Assembly (NCBI GenBank): GCA_964016885.1
Contig: OZ024740.1
Location: 53,692,001-53,756,000, forward strand
Reading direction: 5' to 3'
Length of the DNA: 64,000 bases
Source of the DNA: Eledone cirrhosa
Taxonomy: Eukaryota
The position numbers and the translations under genes were made by a program. This document shows positions 34,527 through 48,142 of this stretch, one piece after another. Numbering within the stretch: position 1 is the first letter of the stretch; each line of letters begins with the position of its first letter. The notes under the pieces are model-generated. The model did no database searches and was not told where the DNA came from. It saw nothing but the letters and a program-made list of their open reading frames with translations.

Positions 34527-36442
34527 GTGGTAAGAATGATAAAATGAAGGTTTCATCTCAAATAATACCATTTCAGAGAACAACAGACATTGACTTGCAG
34601 TAATATAAATTATGTTTCACCTTGGATTCATCAAAGCCAGTTAAATTAATAATCTAAATCAATCAAAACCACCTACCTGACTACGTTTCTCCGTATTCCT
34701 TGCAAAGAAAAAAGCTTACAATCCCCTAAATCGCCGCTGGCTATGTTGCAGCGGTGTTGTACAAGTGGAAATTCTACATACTACACCTGTCAACTTTAAT
34801 CATTGACACAACAAATATTACAACGTGGGAATATCTACATTTCCATTTAACTAACTAGAAATTATATAGAAATCTACAAAAAATTCTTCGGTTTAAATAA
34901 GATGACCATATTTGATAATATATTTTTAGATGAAGTACACCAATTCCTTTTGTCATTGGTGTGCATCATTGTTATTGGCCTTTGATTAAAAAATAGGAAT
35001 AAAAATGGAAAACCGACCACAAACAAGAGAATTATAGCTTTGCAGAATCATTTTACACTTCACTTTTCAACAGTAATAAACTCTGGAAGAAATATTTGGT
35101 GTATCTAGAACATTTGCTGATCCCTTTTCTTCAAAATTTACGCTAAACTCATAAAATTCCTAAACTGCTTTATACAGTACATATTGCGAGCTACTATTTA
35201 TACGCAGTAATCAAATGGCAAATTATCATCCGTTCATTCCGACCACTATACGGCTAAGATAACATCACTGGCTAGTATTTGTGGAATTTTAGCTGCGTCC
35301 ATTCAGACAAAATCTCCGGCCAGAGGAAAAATTTGCTCCTTCGTCACATCAATCATAAAACTTTTTTATATATATGGTGAATACATGACAACTGCTTTAG
35401 CTTTTCCCTGTGTTGTTTTACTGGACAATCCGCAGTGAAGATCCATACGCCGATTACGGGTTGATGCAATTGATTGACGGAATATAGTCATATTTCCACA
35501 TCTGTTACTAACAGTCGGCCGTATGGTGAAACTAGAGCTGGTTTGGATAGATATCAATATTTTAGAATGTTTTTGTAAACTGGCTCAATTATTGACTGTG
35601 AATCGATTAATTCGTTGGATATATAAATAATTTTGATGTCTTTATTAGAGGATTTGATGGTCGTTGGGTCGCTCATAATATCAATTTTTGTTGATAACTC
35701 TAAGTATTTGTTCAATATTGCCATTATAACACTGAATTCTTAGCGAAATACTATGTTAGGAGTGTGGCGCAATTCTGCAGCATCATGCAGGCGAGGCACT
35801 CTATTAAATGCAGGCATATTTTATTAAGTGGTTATTTTAACTGTGTTCCCCTCCCGATCCCCATCGGAAATCCATCGAAAAGTTTATACCCCCCCCCCCC
35901 CCCCACACACACACGCCCATATATATATATGTGTATAAAAGTGGATGATTACTTCAACAGGCACTATGTACTTGTAGAAATATGCACGGTGTCTATAATA
36001 TTTGTGGTTCGATGGTACTAATTTGAGATACCAGAACAATATAAAAATAGCGGAGCAAGCGGTTATCAAACAATTCTCTAAATAAATTAAAAAACGATTT
36101 AAATAATCACCTGTTCTATTGCTGTTACGGACGGTTTCATGATTCCAAAAGATTGGAAATCCAGAGAATTTCCAATGGAAAGAAATGAATCTACAGACAG
36201 CTTATTTCCACACTATAAGGTTGCCAGCCCTACAGTAAGTAAATATTTCGCTTCCAGCCCAACGCATGCGGTCAAGCCGTTAAAATGACACACACGCAAA
36301 ATCAGGTCGCAGATAATAGCTGTTTATTATAAACGTGTTGATATTGCCACTAAAATTAGCAGCATTATTCAACGTTTTGTTCTCTACATAAGGAGAAAAT
36401 TATAAAAGTGGATGAATACTTCAACTGGCACTATGTACTTGT

Positions 36443-36847
36443 AGTGTTCGACAACCATCGTTGCCCCCCTGTTCAACACTGACAAAGGAACGATGAACCA
36501 GCTTCCAGCTTATTAGCTGTCATCAGCACCCTACAGCTTCCTGTCAGTCCATTGAACGCTCGAAAGTATACACCTTCCCCATGCCTAGTAACGGCTGAGC
36601 AGCCCAATTTGAGAATGACATTTCATTTTTTCCATTTATCGTTTTCGGTACGCCCGGCCGACTAACTCACTCGATATGCAAATTGGGCTGCTCAGCCGTT
36701 AATATGCATGGGGAAAGCGTATACTTTCAAGCGTTCAATCGACTGACAGGAAGGTGTACGGTGCTGATGACAACTAATAAGCTAGAAGCTGGTTCATCGT
36801 TCCTTTGTCAGTGTTGAACAGGGGGGCAACGATGGTTGCCGAACACT
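36443..36847. mobile_element. Long fold-back: 169-bp arms (about 11 mismatches) around a 67-bp loop
   Basis: 36443-36611 is the reverse complement of 36679-36847; the right arm continues to ~36900 with homology to 16920-17070. Confidence 0.85.
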
Positions 36848-37009
36848 GTACGGCTAAAAATTCGGGCTGTTTGTTTACAAACAAACCGAGCATTATAGTG
36901 AATGTTCGGTACACCCATACGTACATATATATATATATATGTGTGCATGTATGTATGTATATACATACTACTGTACGTCTGTATACATATATGTATGTAC
37001 GTATACATG

Positions 37010-37103
<94 letters not shown>

Positions 37104-37578
37104 TAAGTTAAAAATGTACATCCACATATGTATACTGAAATACTAGTATGCATATGAATACACACACGTATACATATGTAGATGTACCGATTTTTTCACT
37201 GGTCACTTTACTGTGAGTGTCCAGCTATTCTGTATGTAAACACACAGACAAACCGATTTTTAGAGTCATACTGGTTTTTGAGGAAACACCTTTCCTCTAT
37301 TCTCCAGAAAGCCAGACAAGGAATATTGAACTAGTTTCGATGTTGTTACATCTCATCAGCAATATTTACCTATCTTCCGGCCTTTCTAGAGAATCGTAGA
37401 AGCACATATCGTTATATGCTTTTTCTATGAAAATTAGTAGTGGGCAGACTAATTTGCATAGAGCGTGAGTAAGTACGTACCGGTTCAACGGAGACGATAA
37501 AAACAAATAACGAAACGAAATTAAAACATACAAAAGTGAGTTACAAACGAAACGAAATTTAATTTCGTTTCGTTATTT

Positions 37579-37640
<62 letters not shown>

Positions 37641-37644
<4 letters not shown>

Positions 37645-37718
37645 CCTCGTCTGACGAACGAATGAAGACGTTTCTTTCGTTTTCGCCTCATTCGGGAAAC
37701 CTCTGGTAATGAGGTAAT
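37641..37718 (+). ncRNA. Type-I hammerhead ribozyme, intact core
   Basis: ATTGCCTCGT CTGACGA A CGAATGA...TCATTCG G GAA ACC TCT GGT A ATGAGGTAAT; 10-bp helix I; predicted cleavage after 37708. Confidence 0.85.
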
Positions 37719-37818
37719 TATATTGTATTGATTTTTATACATTAAATTTTGCTCTGATACTTACATAGAGCACTCTTCACTTCTATGACCTTTTCTGTTT
37801 TCAACGGAAATTTCAATA

Positions 37819-37877
<59 letters not shown>

Positions 37878-38484
37878 TATATATATATGTATGTATATGT
37901 ATGTATATATATATGTATATGTATGTGTGTATGTATGTATATAAAGAGATCATGATGTCGCACGTAAAGAAACAATTCTACGCTTATAGCATTCTCTACA
38001 CATATATAGATATTGATTGTTTAGCATTCGATTAAACCGACAAATTATTTGGAGTTAGATTGGATTGAGAATATTACACAAGTAATATTCAGACTGATCA
38101 AAGATAAAGTCGATTACTGTCATATTTGAAATAAGAATATAGAGGAATGGAAATCAGTGAAGGAAGGAGATTCTATTGCTTCCGCCTCCCAGTCGCTTTC
38201 ATGAGACAAATATATAGGTTAACGATAGAGCCTCTATTTATTTGCTTGACTTGCTAAGATTAGCAGCTAAATCCCATTTCATTGGTGCTCTACCGTATCA
38301 GAAAACGACAGTGTAATCCACTCTTATCCATATGTTCTCTGTGCCAAGATACCATGTATATAAAACATATACCATCATTACATTGTTTTAACATTTACAT
38401 TCGAAAGTGTTTCATTGGATGGTGTCGCAATATATATTTTCGTCATAGCAAGTTCCCTCGTTTCTGAATATATATTATATTATA

Positions 38485-38968
38485 CTTGTTTCTACTTTTG
38501 GCACAAGGCCAGCAATCATCCCAGTGCATTACTGGTACTTTATTTTATCGACACGGTAAGGATGAAAGCCAAAGTTAACCTCGGCGGGATATATGTAGTA
38601 TATTATATTATAATTGTTTCGGTAGATTGGCAGTATTGGTAGAGGGTCGGACGTGATGCTTTGAAGCATAGAGTTACGGCCCTTGCAATTCTGAGTTCAA
38701 ATCCCGCCGAGGTTAATTTTGCCTTTCATCCTTACGGGGTCGATAAAATAAAGTACCAGTAATACACTGATAATTGCTGCCCTTGTGCCAAAATATAATA
38801 TAATTGTGCCAAAATATAATATAATTGTTTCTACTTTTGGCACAAGGGCAGTAATTATCCCAGTGTATTACTGATACTTTATTTTATCAACCCCGTCAGG
38901 ATGAAAGACAAAATTAAACTCTTTGTTGCAAAGCATGGCGTCCGACCCTCTACCGATACTGCCAATGC
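38485..38968. mobile_element. Cluster of three family A SINE copies in alternating orientation (-,+,-)
   Basis: 38485-38590 (-, 3' half), 38621-38792 (+), 38822-38968 (-, internally deleted). Confidence 0.85.
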
Positions 38969-39595
38969 ACTTATAATGGTAGTTAATATATTCTGAAGAT
39001 TCCTTTTACCATTTACTGTTACTTTTTATATTATGGATTGAACATTTTAATTGTATCGTAAAAATAATTTCCTATTTTTCAGCAAAAGGTGAGAAACAGG
39101 AGTAGGTATAATTGAGTTGTTAATATTTCCTACCAGTTAGTTGGTAGGAGCCAGTTCACATATAGCATTCTAGTCACATAATTTTATACTGTTCGGGAAT
39201 CACTCTAGAATTCATTAAAAGAAAAAGAAACTATTGCAAATTGTGAACAATAACGTCCCTGTTTATAGGTTTCCAATTGACCACTCATTTTTCAAAACAA
39301 TTTTGGAGGCAAAACTGCTGAAAGTGTGTCCGTAATTTTTCCGAAAGTTACCGGTTATATATATATATACATATATATATATAACCAAAGGTTTAACAAG
39401 GTTCATTGATTAATCAATGAATATAGAGTGCCAAAAGTGGAATTGAACCATCAGCACGGTTGAGGTATGTCAGACATCAATTAATTTTATCTGATGAGGA
39501 CGTACTAATGAAACAGCTCAGTACCTCTGAAATATATGTAATAAAATATATTTGATCACATGAATGTCCATATTTATTAATATTTTGAAATAATA

Positions 39596-39642
<47 letters not shown>

Positions 39643-40064
39643 CAATAACAGAGATAGTTTAAAGCTAAACTCTGACTGGTAACCATCTCACTCAACAAAC
39701 ATTAGGTTATATTAAAATATAAACCCAATTTAAGTGTTTGGGGTGCTAACAATATGTATAATGTGGAAAAACCAGTTGTATTATTTTATGAGATATAATT
39801 AAAGTTAAAATCTATATATATATATATATATATACATATAGAATAAGAAAATGCGAAGTAGTTTCAGATTTCAAAGTCCATTAATGATAATGCTGTGATA
39901 CATATTTGAATGACGCCAGTGGCCACACGATTCCGCGTGCCCAGTGCCGTGACATCATCAGACAGCTTCGCTTCTTACATAATAAGGTTACGTTCCCGAG
40001 GCAACCCAAATTGAATCGACAAGGGAATGGACAAAGCAGGTGTTCTTGAATCCTTCGTCCGTTC

Positions 40065-40173
<109 letters not shown>

Positions 40174-40229
40174 AGAATGAAACCTTGTTGGCTTTGATCG
40201 AGACGGAGCGAGGGTGTATTTAAGTATAT

Positions 40230-40570
40230 ATAAAAATGAGAAAACTCATCGCTAGAACAGCCGTTAGAACAGCCAAATGCTGTCAAAGACAGTGATGGGC
40301 CAAAATTCCTCAACGGACAGAGACTGGCGGCCATTGGTCGACAGAGGGACTATCCATGAAAAGTGTGACAGGTAGATGAAATATAGAAAAGATTGAAGAC
40401 GGAGAAGGAGAAGTGTGTTAGCGCCTTGTGCTGTTTGGTTTATCACACACAATTCATAACATCAGAAAGATTTATATTTCTGTTGCACGATCCAGCATTC
40501 TAAAATGGTACTCTCAATTAAATTGTGCGAAACCATTTTGCGGGTTTGAAAGCTAATGAGGTTGAAGATG

Positions 40571-40664
<94 letters not shown>

Positions 40665-40899
40665 CTTGTTTTGTACATCACCTTTCTTTCTTTATTTATT
40701 TCAGTCACCTCTCTGCGCCAAAATAGTTTTACTTGTCCTCCTCCTCCTCTTTCAAACGTTTCTATATTTCAATCTGCCTGTCTTCCACCCACGTGGATTG
40801 TCGCTCTGCCGACCACTGGCCGCTGGTCTCTGTCCTCTGGGGCATCTTTGCCCATCGCTGTCTTTGACTACATTTAGCTGTTTTAACGACGAGTTTCTA

Positions 40900-40905
<6 letters not shown>
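40230..40905. repeat. Diverged ~180-bp inverted repeat flanking a (TG)n-containing spacer
   Basis: 40230-40415 (GTCAAAGACAGTGATGGGC...GGACAGAGACTGGCGGCC) versus 40730-40905 (GGCCGCTGGTCTCTGTCC...GCCCATCGCTGTCTTTGAC). Confidence 0.75.
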
Positions 40906-41675
<770 letters not shown>

Positions 41676-41714
41676 TAAGGGTGGCCATGTGTTTCATTAT
41701 ACTCACTATCTTCA

Positions 41715-42040
41715 ATTCGGTATTCGTGGCAATCCTTACCTCTGGCCATGGAACTTGGGTAATGACCGAAAGAATACGATCGCGAATACAAGCGGAAATG
41801 GGATTTCTCCGAAGAGTCTTTGGAGTAACGTTACTCGATAAAGTGCGTAGTTCGGATATCCGAGAGTCTCCGAATTGAGAGATCACAGCTCCGATACTAT
41901 GGTCATGTGGTTAGAATGTCTCAGGGAAGAATAGCTGGACAGATTTTATGGGCAAAAACCAACCTGTAAGAGACCCAGTTGTAGACCCCGAGCAATATGG
42001 TTGGGTAATATCTATGAGCCTGGCTGGTTAAGCTGAAACG
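41715..42040 (+). pseudogene. RTE-clade (Expander/Rex3-like) RT C-terminal fragment
   Basis: ILTSGHGTWVMTERIRSRIQAEMGFLRRVFGVTLLDKVRSSDIRES, then after a frameshift RSQLRYYGHVVRM. Confidence 0.85.
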
Positions 42041-42105
42041 TACGTAGAATAAAGTAATTATTTTGAACCCTGAACATTCTCAGGTATTCCTTTAAATACA
42101 TACAT

Positions 42106-42206
<101 letters not shown>

Positions 42207-42420
42207 GAGCGGGGGCTGCGGTACTGAGATAGAGGAGACCACTAATCATGTGAGTACTCAATACATGGGGAGATCTAGAGTAGGTATAGAGATATGTAAA
42301 ATCCCGACCGCGGTGCCAGGTGGTTTAGGCTTGTGTGTTCAGAAAACCTTTTCATCTCATCTCCATCTCTCTATGAGTATATACTATATATTTATATATA
42401 CTATACAGAGTATACTATGA

Positions 42421-42454
<34 letters not shown>

Positions 42455-42492
42455 TATACAGTTGAAAATTGCAAACTTGACTGTCACCACAC

Positions 42493-42538
42493 AATGTGAA
42501 CCTGAAGATTGCGAAAGCATGAAAGTACTTGTTCAATT
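42493..42538 (+). ncRNA. Minimal type-I hammerhead ribozyme with palindromic helix III
   Basis: TGAAC CTGAAGA T TGC GAAA GCA T GAA AGTACT T GTTCA. Confidence 0.8.
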
Positions 42539-42729
42539 AACACTTAACATTTAATATTCTACTATACTATTTCATTCTAATACCATTATAAATGTTAAAG
42601 GATTGTACATAAAACGAGTAAATCAGACACAGTTGTAATTCCTTTTATTAATATAATCTTCTATACACAATCATACACACCCGTTTATATTTATCTATAT
42701 ATATATATATATATGTATTTGTGTATGTG

Positions 42730-42882
<153 letters not shown>

Positions 42883-43810
42883 CTGTGTGTGTCTGTGTGT
42901 GTGTGTGTGCATATACATATAATATTTGCATTCAGACAAATCCTAACTAGATTAATATCAGTTCGTTTCATTTATTCGTTTATGCAGTTGTAATTAACTT
43001 TCCAATTATTTTTCCTGCAAAATCACATATCTGTTATTCAAAGTTACAAGACTGGTGGCAATCAACCTAGAAACACCATTCACGTATGTCAAGACGCCGT
43101 CACGGTTTCGATTCATGGTTTAGCCCTTGAGAAAGGACCGAACATCAGACGATCTTCTTTCCTTTTACCTATTAGCATCGGGCTATTGCACCTTCATAAG
43201 AAATCAATATATGCTCGAACGCTCAGAGTACTAAGCAGAGGATTAGGTTATTAACATTTGTACCCAAGTTTATCTTTGCCTTCAGTCAACTGAAATTTCT
43301 CTGCTCGGTTTATTCTGTATATTAAGCTAAAAGCAAATCTATTCGGGACTTGTAGTCGATTTTACAACTACAGAACTCTCGCAAGTGCCTTAAGCGTCTG
43401 AATTCCTACATGGGAACATTATAAATTCAATAAGTAAACATTCTCGTATTTTCAACTGTTTTTCTAACCTACATTATGTGTTAGGGGATGAACTCATTTC
43501 CTAAGATATCACGAATAAAAATGAATTATCTCCATTCTATTACAAAGAAAAGTGCCAAATACAGAAATATGCACTAAAAAATATATTTTAATGAAAATGC
43601 AGCACATTGAAAAAAAGCACATGGAAAAGTCAGTCAATGTGAATTAAATTCTTATATTAAAAGGAACTAGTTCACTCTTAGGTTCATAATGTTGACTTGT
43701 CTGAAGGGCATAATAGTGAATTTAAACGTTTTGGTAGAAGGAAAATATAAAATAATTAAATAAATAAAACCAAATAACTATGTACTATTATTATATATTA
43801 TATAATAACA

Positions 43811-44000
43811 GGTGGTGGATTGGCAGTATCAGTAGAGGGTCGGACGCCATGCTTTCCAGCATAGTTACGTCCCTTTACGATATGAGTTCAAATCCCGCCG
43901 AGGTTGACTTTGCCTTTCCTCCTTACGGGGTCGATAAAATAAAGTACCAGTAATGCACTGGGTAATTGCTGGCCTTGTGCTTAAAGTAGAAACAATTATT
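43811..44000 (+). mobile_element. tRNA-derived SINE (family A), full length
   Basis: GGTGGTGGATTGGCAGTATCAGTAGAG head, GAGTTCAAATCCC B-box, core and ATT tail. Confidence 0.92.
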
Positions 44001-45569
44001 ATATACTTGTGATATTCTCTTTTCACATCTTCGAACATGAATTTTTATTTTTTCAACTGTTAAGAAAGTAGAATTTGTAAGAGCAATATAATGTCGGAAT
44101 ACCTTACCCAATATAATGCCTTCCCATCTCGGCTCTGTGTTCAAAGTCCATCAAATATGAATTTTTCTTTAACATTTCCAGTGTCAATATAATTACTTTC
44201 CGATTGATTAGGTACAAAATTATCACGGTTTTGGTGACACTAGGATACTTTCACACACAATTTCCATTGGCATTCACATTTTGCTGACAAAATATGCTGT
44301 TTCATTCAGCCAGGAGCTTAACTCTGTCTCTAAAGCACTAATCTTTATAAACACTGGATTCGACCCAATATCTGCGGTAACCGAACTAGATGACGGCACT
44401 CGGGTTGACATTTTGACACTCTCCTATTTGACACTTATCATTCAACAGTGTAATACATCTAGCTGTACTATTGAGTACTATAGCGTAAAACAGTTTCATC
44501 GTGTAACCTTTTCACGTGTTTCTTTTGTTTGAGTTCAAGTTCTTCAGTATTAAAATCACAGTGATATCCAGTAACACTATAGAAATAATTTGTTTACGGT
44601 CATATGCATTAATAATCTAATCAATTGAGTCTTCTCATCAATAAAACTAACGTCATCTTTAAATAAGAAATTAGAGTTCATGTGTTTTTGGAGACTCGGG
44701 GAAAACAATGAGAAATCAACTTCATTACATTCATCTCTTGGTTCGTAAAATGATAACTGAAATTTACAATCATCATCAAAGGTTTATCAACACATTCCCG
44801 CCAAGCCAATTAACTTTATGTTTAAATAAGAAACCAATATATTACTTATTTTTTTCACAATAAAGTGAGTTAAAGATAATTTGGCTAAATTTCCATTCAG
44901 ACTTGAAATCGGTAAAACATATTTTTTCTCAAAATATTCTTTTATTATGGAAGCTCAATAAAATACAAACAATACATTCATTGTTTATATGAAAGGAACC
45001 AGATTGGATAAGATTTAGAAACAGTGATCTTTTATAGTTAAGTCTGCACTGTAGGTACTTTTCATCTCCGATAACCTGTCGATCCAACGAGGGAAACTCT
45101 AAAGCTGTTTGTTGAGTTGCTAGTAGTAGAAGTAAAAGCTCTCACGTTTGTCTTAAGTAGAAATCGCATTGAATAATGTAGTATTTGATGCACTATATTT
45201 GAAAATGAAAATCGCACAGCTGGAATGCTTATGAGACTTCTGATTCATCAGACCTTGCTAAGAATTAAGCAACAGAGTACGCACACAAGCAATCGAGGGG
45301 CCAGAAATGACAGCAAAATATCCTATACACCGCACCATACCGTCTTAAAAAGAAAAGGATACATTATATAATGAAATACCTGGTAGAGACAAACTCGGAA
45401 CTTATATATAAATATGTATACATATGTATATATATATATACATATGTATATATATATACATTATAAGTGTATGTGAGTTCGGATCTAGCTGTCGAAACGG
45501 CCGGAACTCGGCCGTCGGGGTCCTGAATCTTAACCGCGTGGTACATGTGTATATACATATTTACACACT

Positions 45570-45750
45570 TTCGGATGGCCGTTGACTCTTATGAGTTCTT
45601 CCGCCCTTTGTCAGGTTTTGTTTTTTGTCCTGCAGGGTGTCCAAAGTCACCCTCCTCACCAAGTAAACTTGGTGGGGTTGCCGACGACCCGACCATGCGA
45701 CAGGTTGTACTGGGTTACATGTTACCATAAGCACACGAGAGTGACCCGAC
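45570..45750 (-). mobile_element. 5' UTR fragment of an R4/Dong-like element related to 22147-22280
   Basis: Minus strand CCACCAAGTTTACTTGGTGAGG...AAAACAAAACC...GAGTCAACGGCCATCC aligns with 22177-22277. Confidence 0.7.
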
Positions 45751-45849
45751 ATAGTATATACATACATACATACAAACATATATATATATTATATATATAT
45801 ATACATGCATACATACATATATATATATGTGTGTTGGTGTATGTGTATG

Positions 45850-45911
<62 letters not shown>

Positions 45912-47618
45912 GAGATAGACACTAACACACACACATACACATAAACACACACACATATATATACACACACATATATATATATATATATAAATATTCATAA
46001 ATGATAAATTGTTTAATCAATATTATATACATCGTAAGGTATATTTAACGCCATTAAAAAAAAAAATTATATATTCATTGTATTAATCTATACAGTTCAA
46101 AATCATTTTTTAATACAGTTCAGACAGAATTGTATGTTGGAGGATTCTGCTTGAATTTTTAGACCTTCCCCCGCTTTAAAAGGAAACAAATTTATTTATA
46201 TTTGGAAATAAACTGTTTATATTCACGAATAAAGCCAGTTCATTGTCTTCGTATTCACGTATTTATTTTATTGCTTTATATCATTTACTCTTGTTTATTT
46301 TTAAATTATGCACGTTTTGAGAATTAGACCCATCTCGATATGTCAATGTTGATTAAATGTGTCACTTCTTACTACGTGGCTTACATTGTAGCAAACGTAT
46401 TACTAGTATGAGTTTATCTTAGTAACCCTATTACAAATGAACAACAAAGAGTATCCATTTTATATTTAGGCTGAGATAACTTTGCACACATCTGTATGGC
46501 ATGTGTCTTCTGAAGTAGAAAGGAACGTACCGTGAAGTCAAACGGCTGTTTCACTACTTCTGATCTTTTGTAGCTTATATAAAGTTTGTATCTCCATGAG
46601 GTCAATGGAAGGTTAAACACTTTTAGCTGTCAACTTAGAGATGATGTTTACAAAAATATTTTGAAAGTGCTAGAGTTCACTAAAATCGACTCCTTACAAG
46701 TATCCAATCTCTTGTTTTCGATATAACAGTTTTGTCATTATGCCATATGGTGTGTCCTAGTCATAGTGAAGTGACAATTAGGTCGAGGGGTCCTAATTGT
46801 TAAGTTGATTGCTAAGCTAATTTATTGGCTTCGTAGAACCACAACCACAGAAAATTTTACACTAAACACAAGCAGTTGTTATCATGTTGCTCCTTGATCT
46901 TACCGCATAAAAGATGACTAAAGAATAGACAACCGAATGAAAGTTGAACCACAACCAAACACATTACTGCTTTCATATATGGATAAGTGGGGAAGTGGGG
47001 TGAATGGCTATGTAATTTTATCTTTCTTAGATCGATTCCTATGTATTGCAAACACTAAAGTCCTTCTGGACAGATGAAAACAATTATCTTAAACAGTTGA
47101 ATTTATACAAAGGAGAAAAAGTAAATATGAACAGACCTAGATCCATAAGTAGCATTCGAAAGATATAATCGTAGTAAGTAGAGCAGATCTTTTGCATGAC
47201 CTACAAAGATGGTGACAGAAGTATGAGAAAAACAAAAACATATTTTGAGATCTGGCACGAATACTTGGAATTGTCTGGATTTCAACAGATGTACCAAAGA
47301 ACGAGGATGATATGTTAAGGTAATTAAATGATTTTCCTTTTATATATGAGGATTTTATTAAAAGATATTAGAAGTTGTGGTTGTATTCGTTTTGAATTGC
47401 TGTGAAAATTCATTTTCCTCGAAATTTATGTGTGAAAAATTATGACATTTTAAAGGTTTCGTCATCATTTTTCTTGTATATATGATTTTGTCGATAAGAA
47501 AATCCTTTTGTAACGCAACAACAGGACCGCGTTTGGTCCTGAGAGGCAGCACTTAGAGCATGTATCTTGGAAGTGAAATTAGGTTCATGGAAGATGTTAG
47601 AAAGACAGACCTATATAT

Positions 47619-47645
47619 GTCTAGGGCGGGTAAAATTCCCGAGAT
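47619..47645 (-). mobile_element. 27-bp extreme 3' end of the RTE LINE seen at 2971, with 12-bp TSD
   Basis: CTAGGGCGGGTAAAATTCCCGAGAT matches 2971-2995; flanked by AGACCTATATAT at 47607-47618 and 47646-47657. Confidence 0.75.
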
Positions 47646-47648
47646 AGA

Positions 47649-47696
<48 letters not shown>

Positions 47697-47955
47697 AAAA
47701 GAGTCAGGACCCCGACGGCTGAGCTCTGGTCGTTTCGACAGCTATTTCTGAACTATATACATAAGTGTATCGAACTAGACAAATTGAGTTCGTGCTAGTA
47801 CGCCGAAAATTCGCAATCGCTCAATGATTTCACTGGACCTACATTTCCGAAGTGCAGGTCAGTGATTCTGAGCGCACACATTTAGTTATTCAGTGGTAAA
47901 ATCGGAGTTATATGCGAGCGTTATATAAATCAGCTCGCACCAAACGAAATTCGTT

Positions 47956-48096
47956 TTCAAAATAACCATACAATTTTCAACCGCATTATGGTTAGCTCAA
48001 CTAAATCCACTGAAGGAGATTACTATACCTAATATAACATTAGGTGTATTGAAAAAAAACGAAAACCCTGTTGATTATGGTTAGATTACAACACAG
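47956..48096 (+). repeat. ~140-bp dispersed repeat, second copy at 49846-49986
   Basis: TTCAAAATAACCAT...GGTTAGCTCA...CTATACCTAATATAACATTAGGT...GATTATGGTTAGATT.CAACACAG in both copies. Confidence 0.8.
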
Positions 48097-48142
48097 GTCA
48101 TTAATTTAATTTAATCTCTCTCTCTCTCTGTATATATATATA

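Noticed and set aside
35200-35780. Possible decayed DNA transposase on the - strand (also 21790-22030 and 62700-63240)
   Set aside because: Coding-like composition, but no motif I can assign with confidence
39915-39970. CTGATGA on the - strand in a GC-rich island
   Set aside because: No GAAA core or helix III downstream
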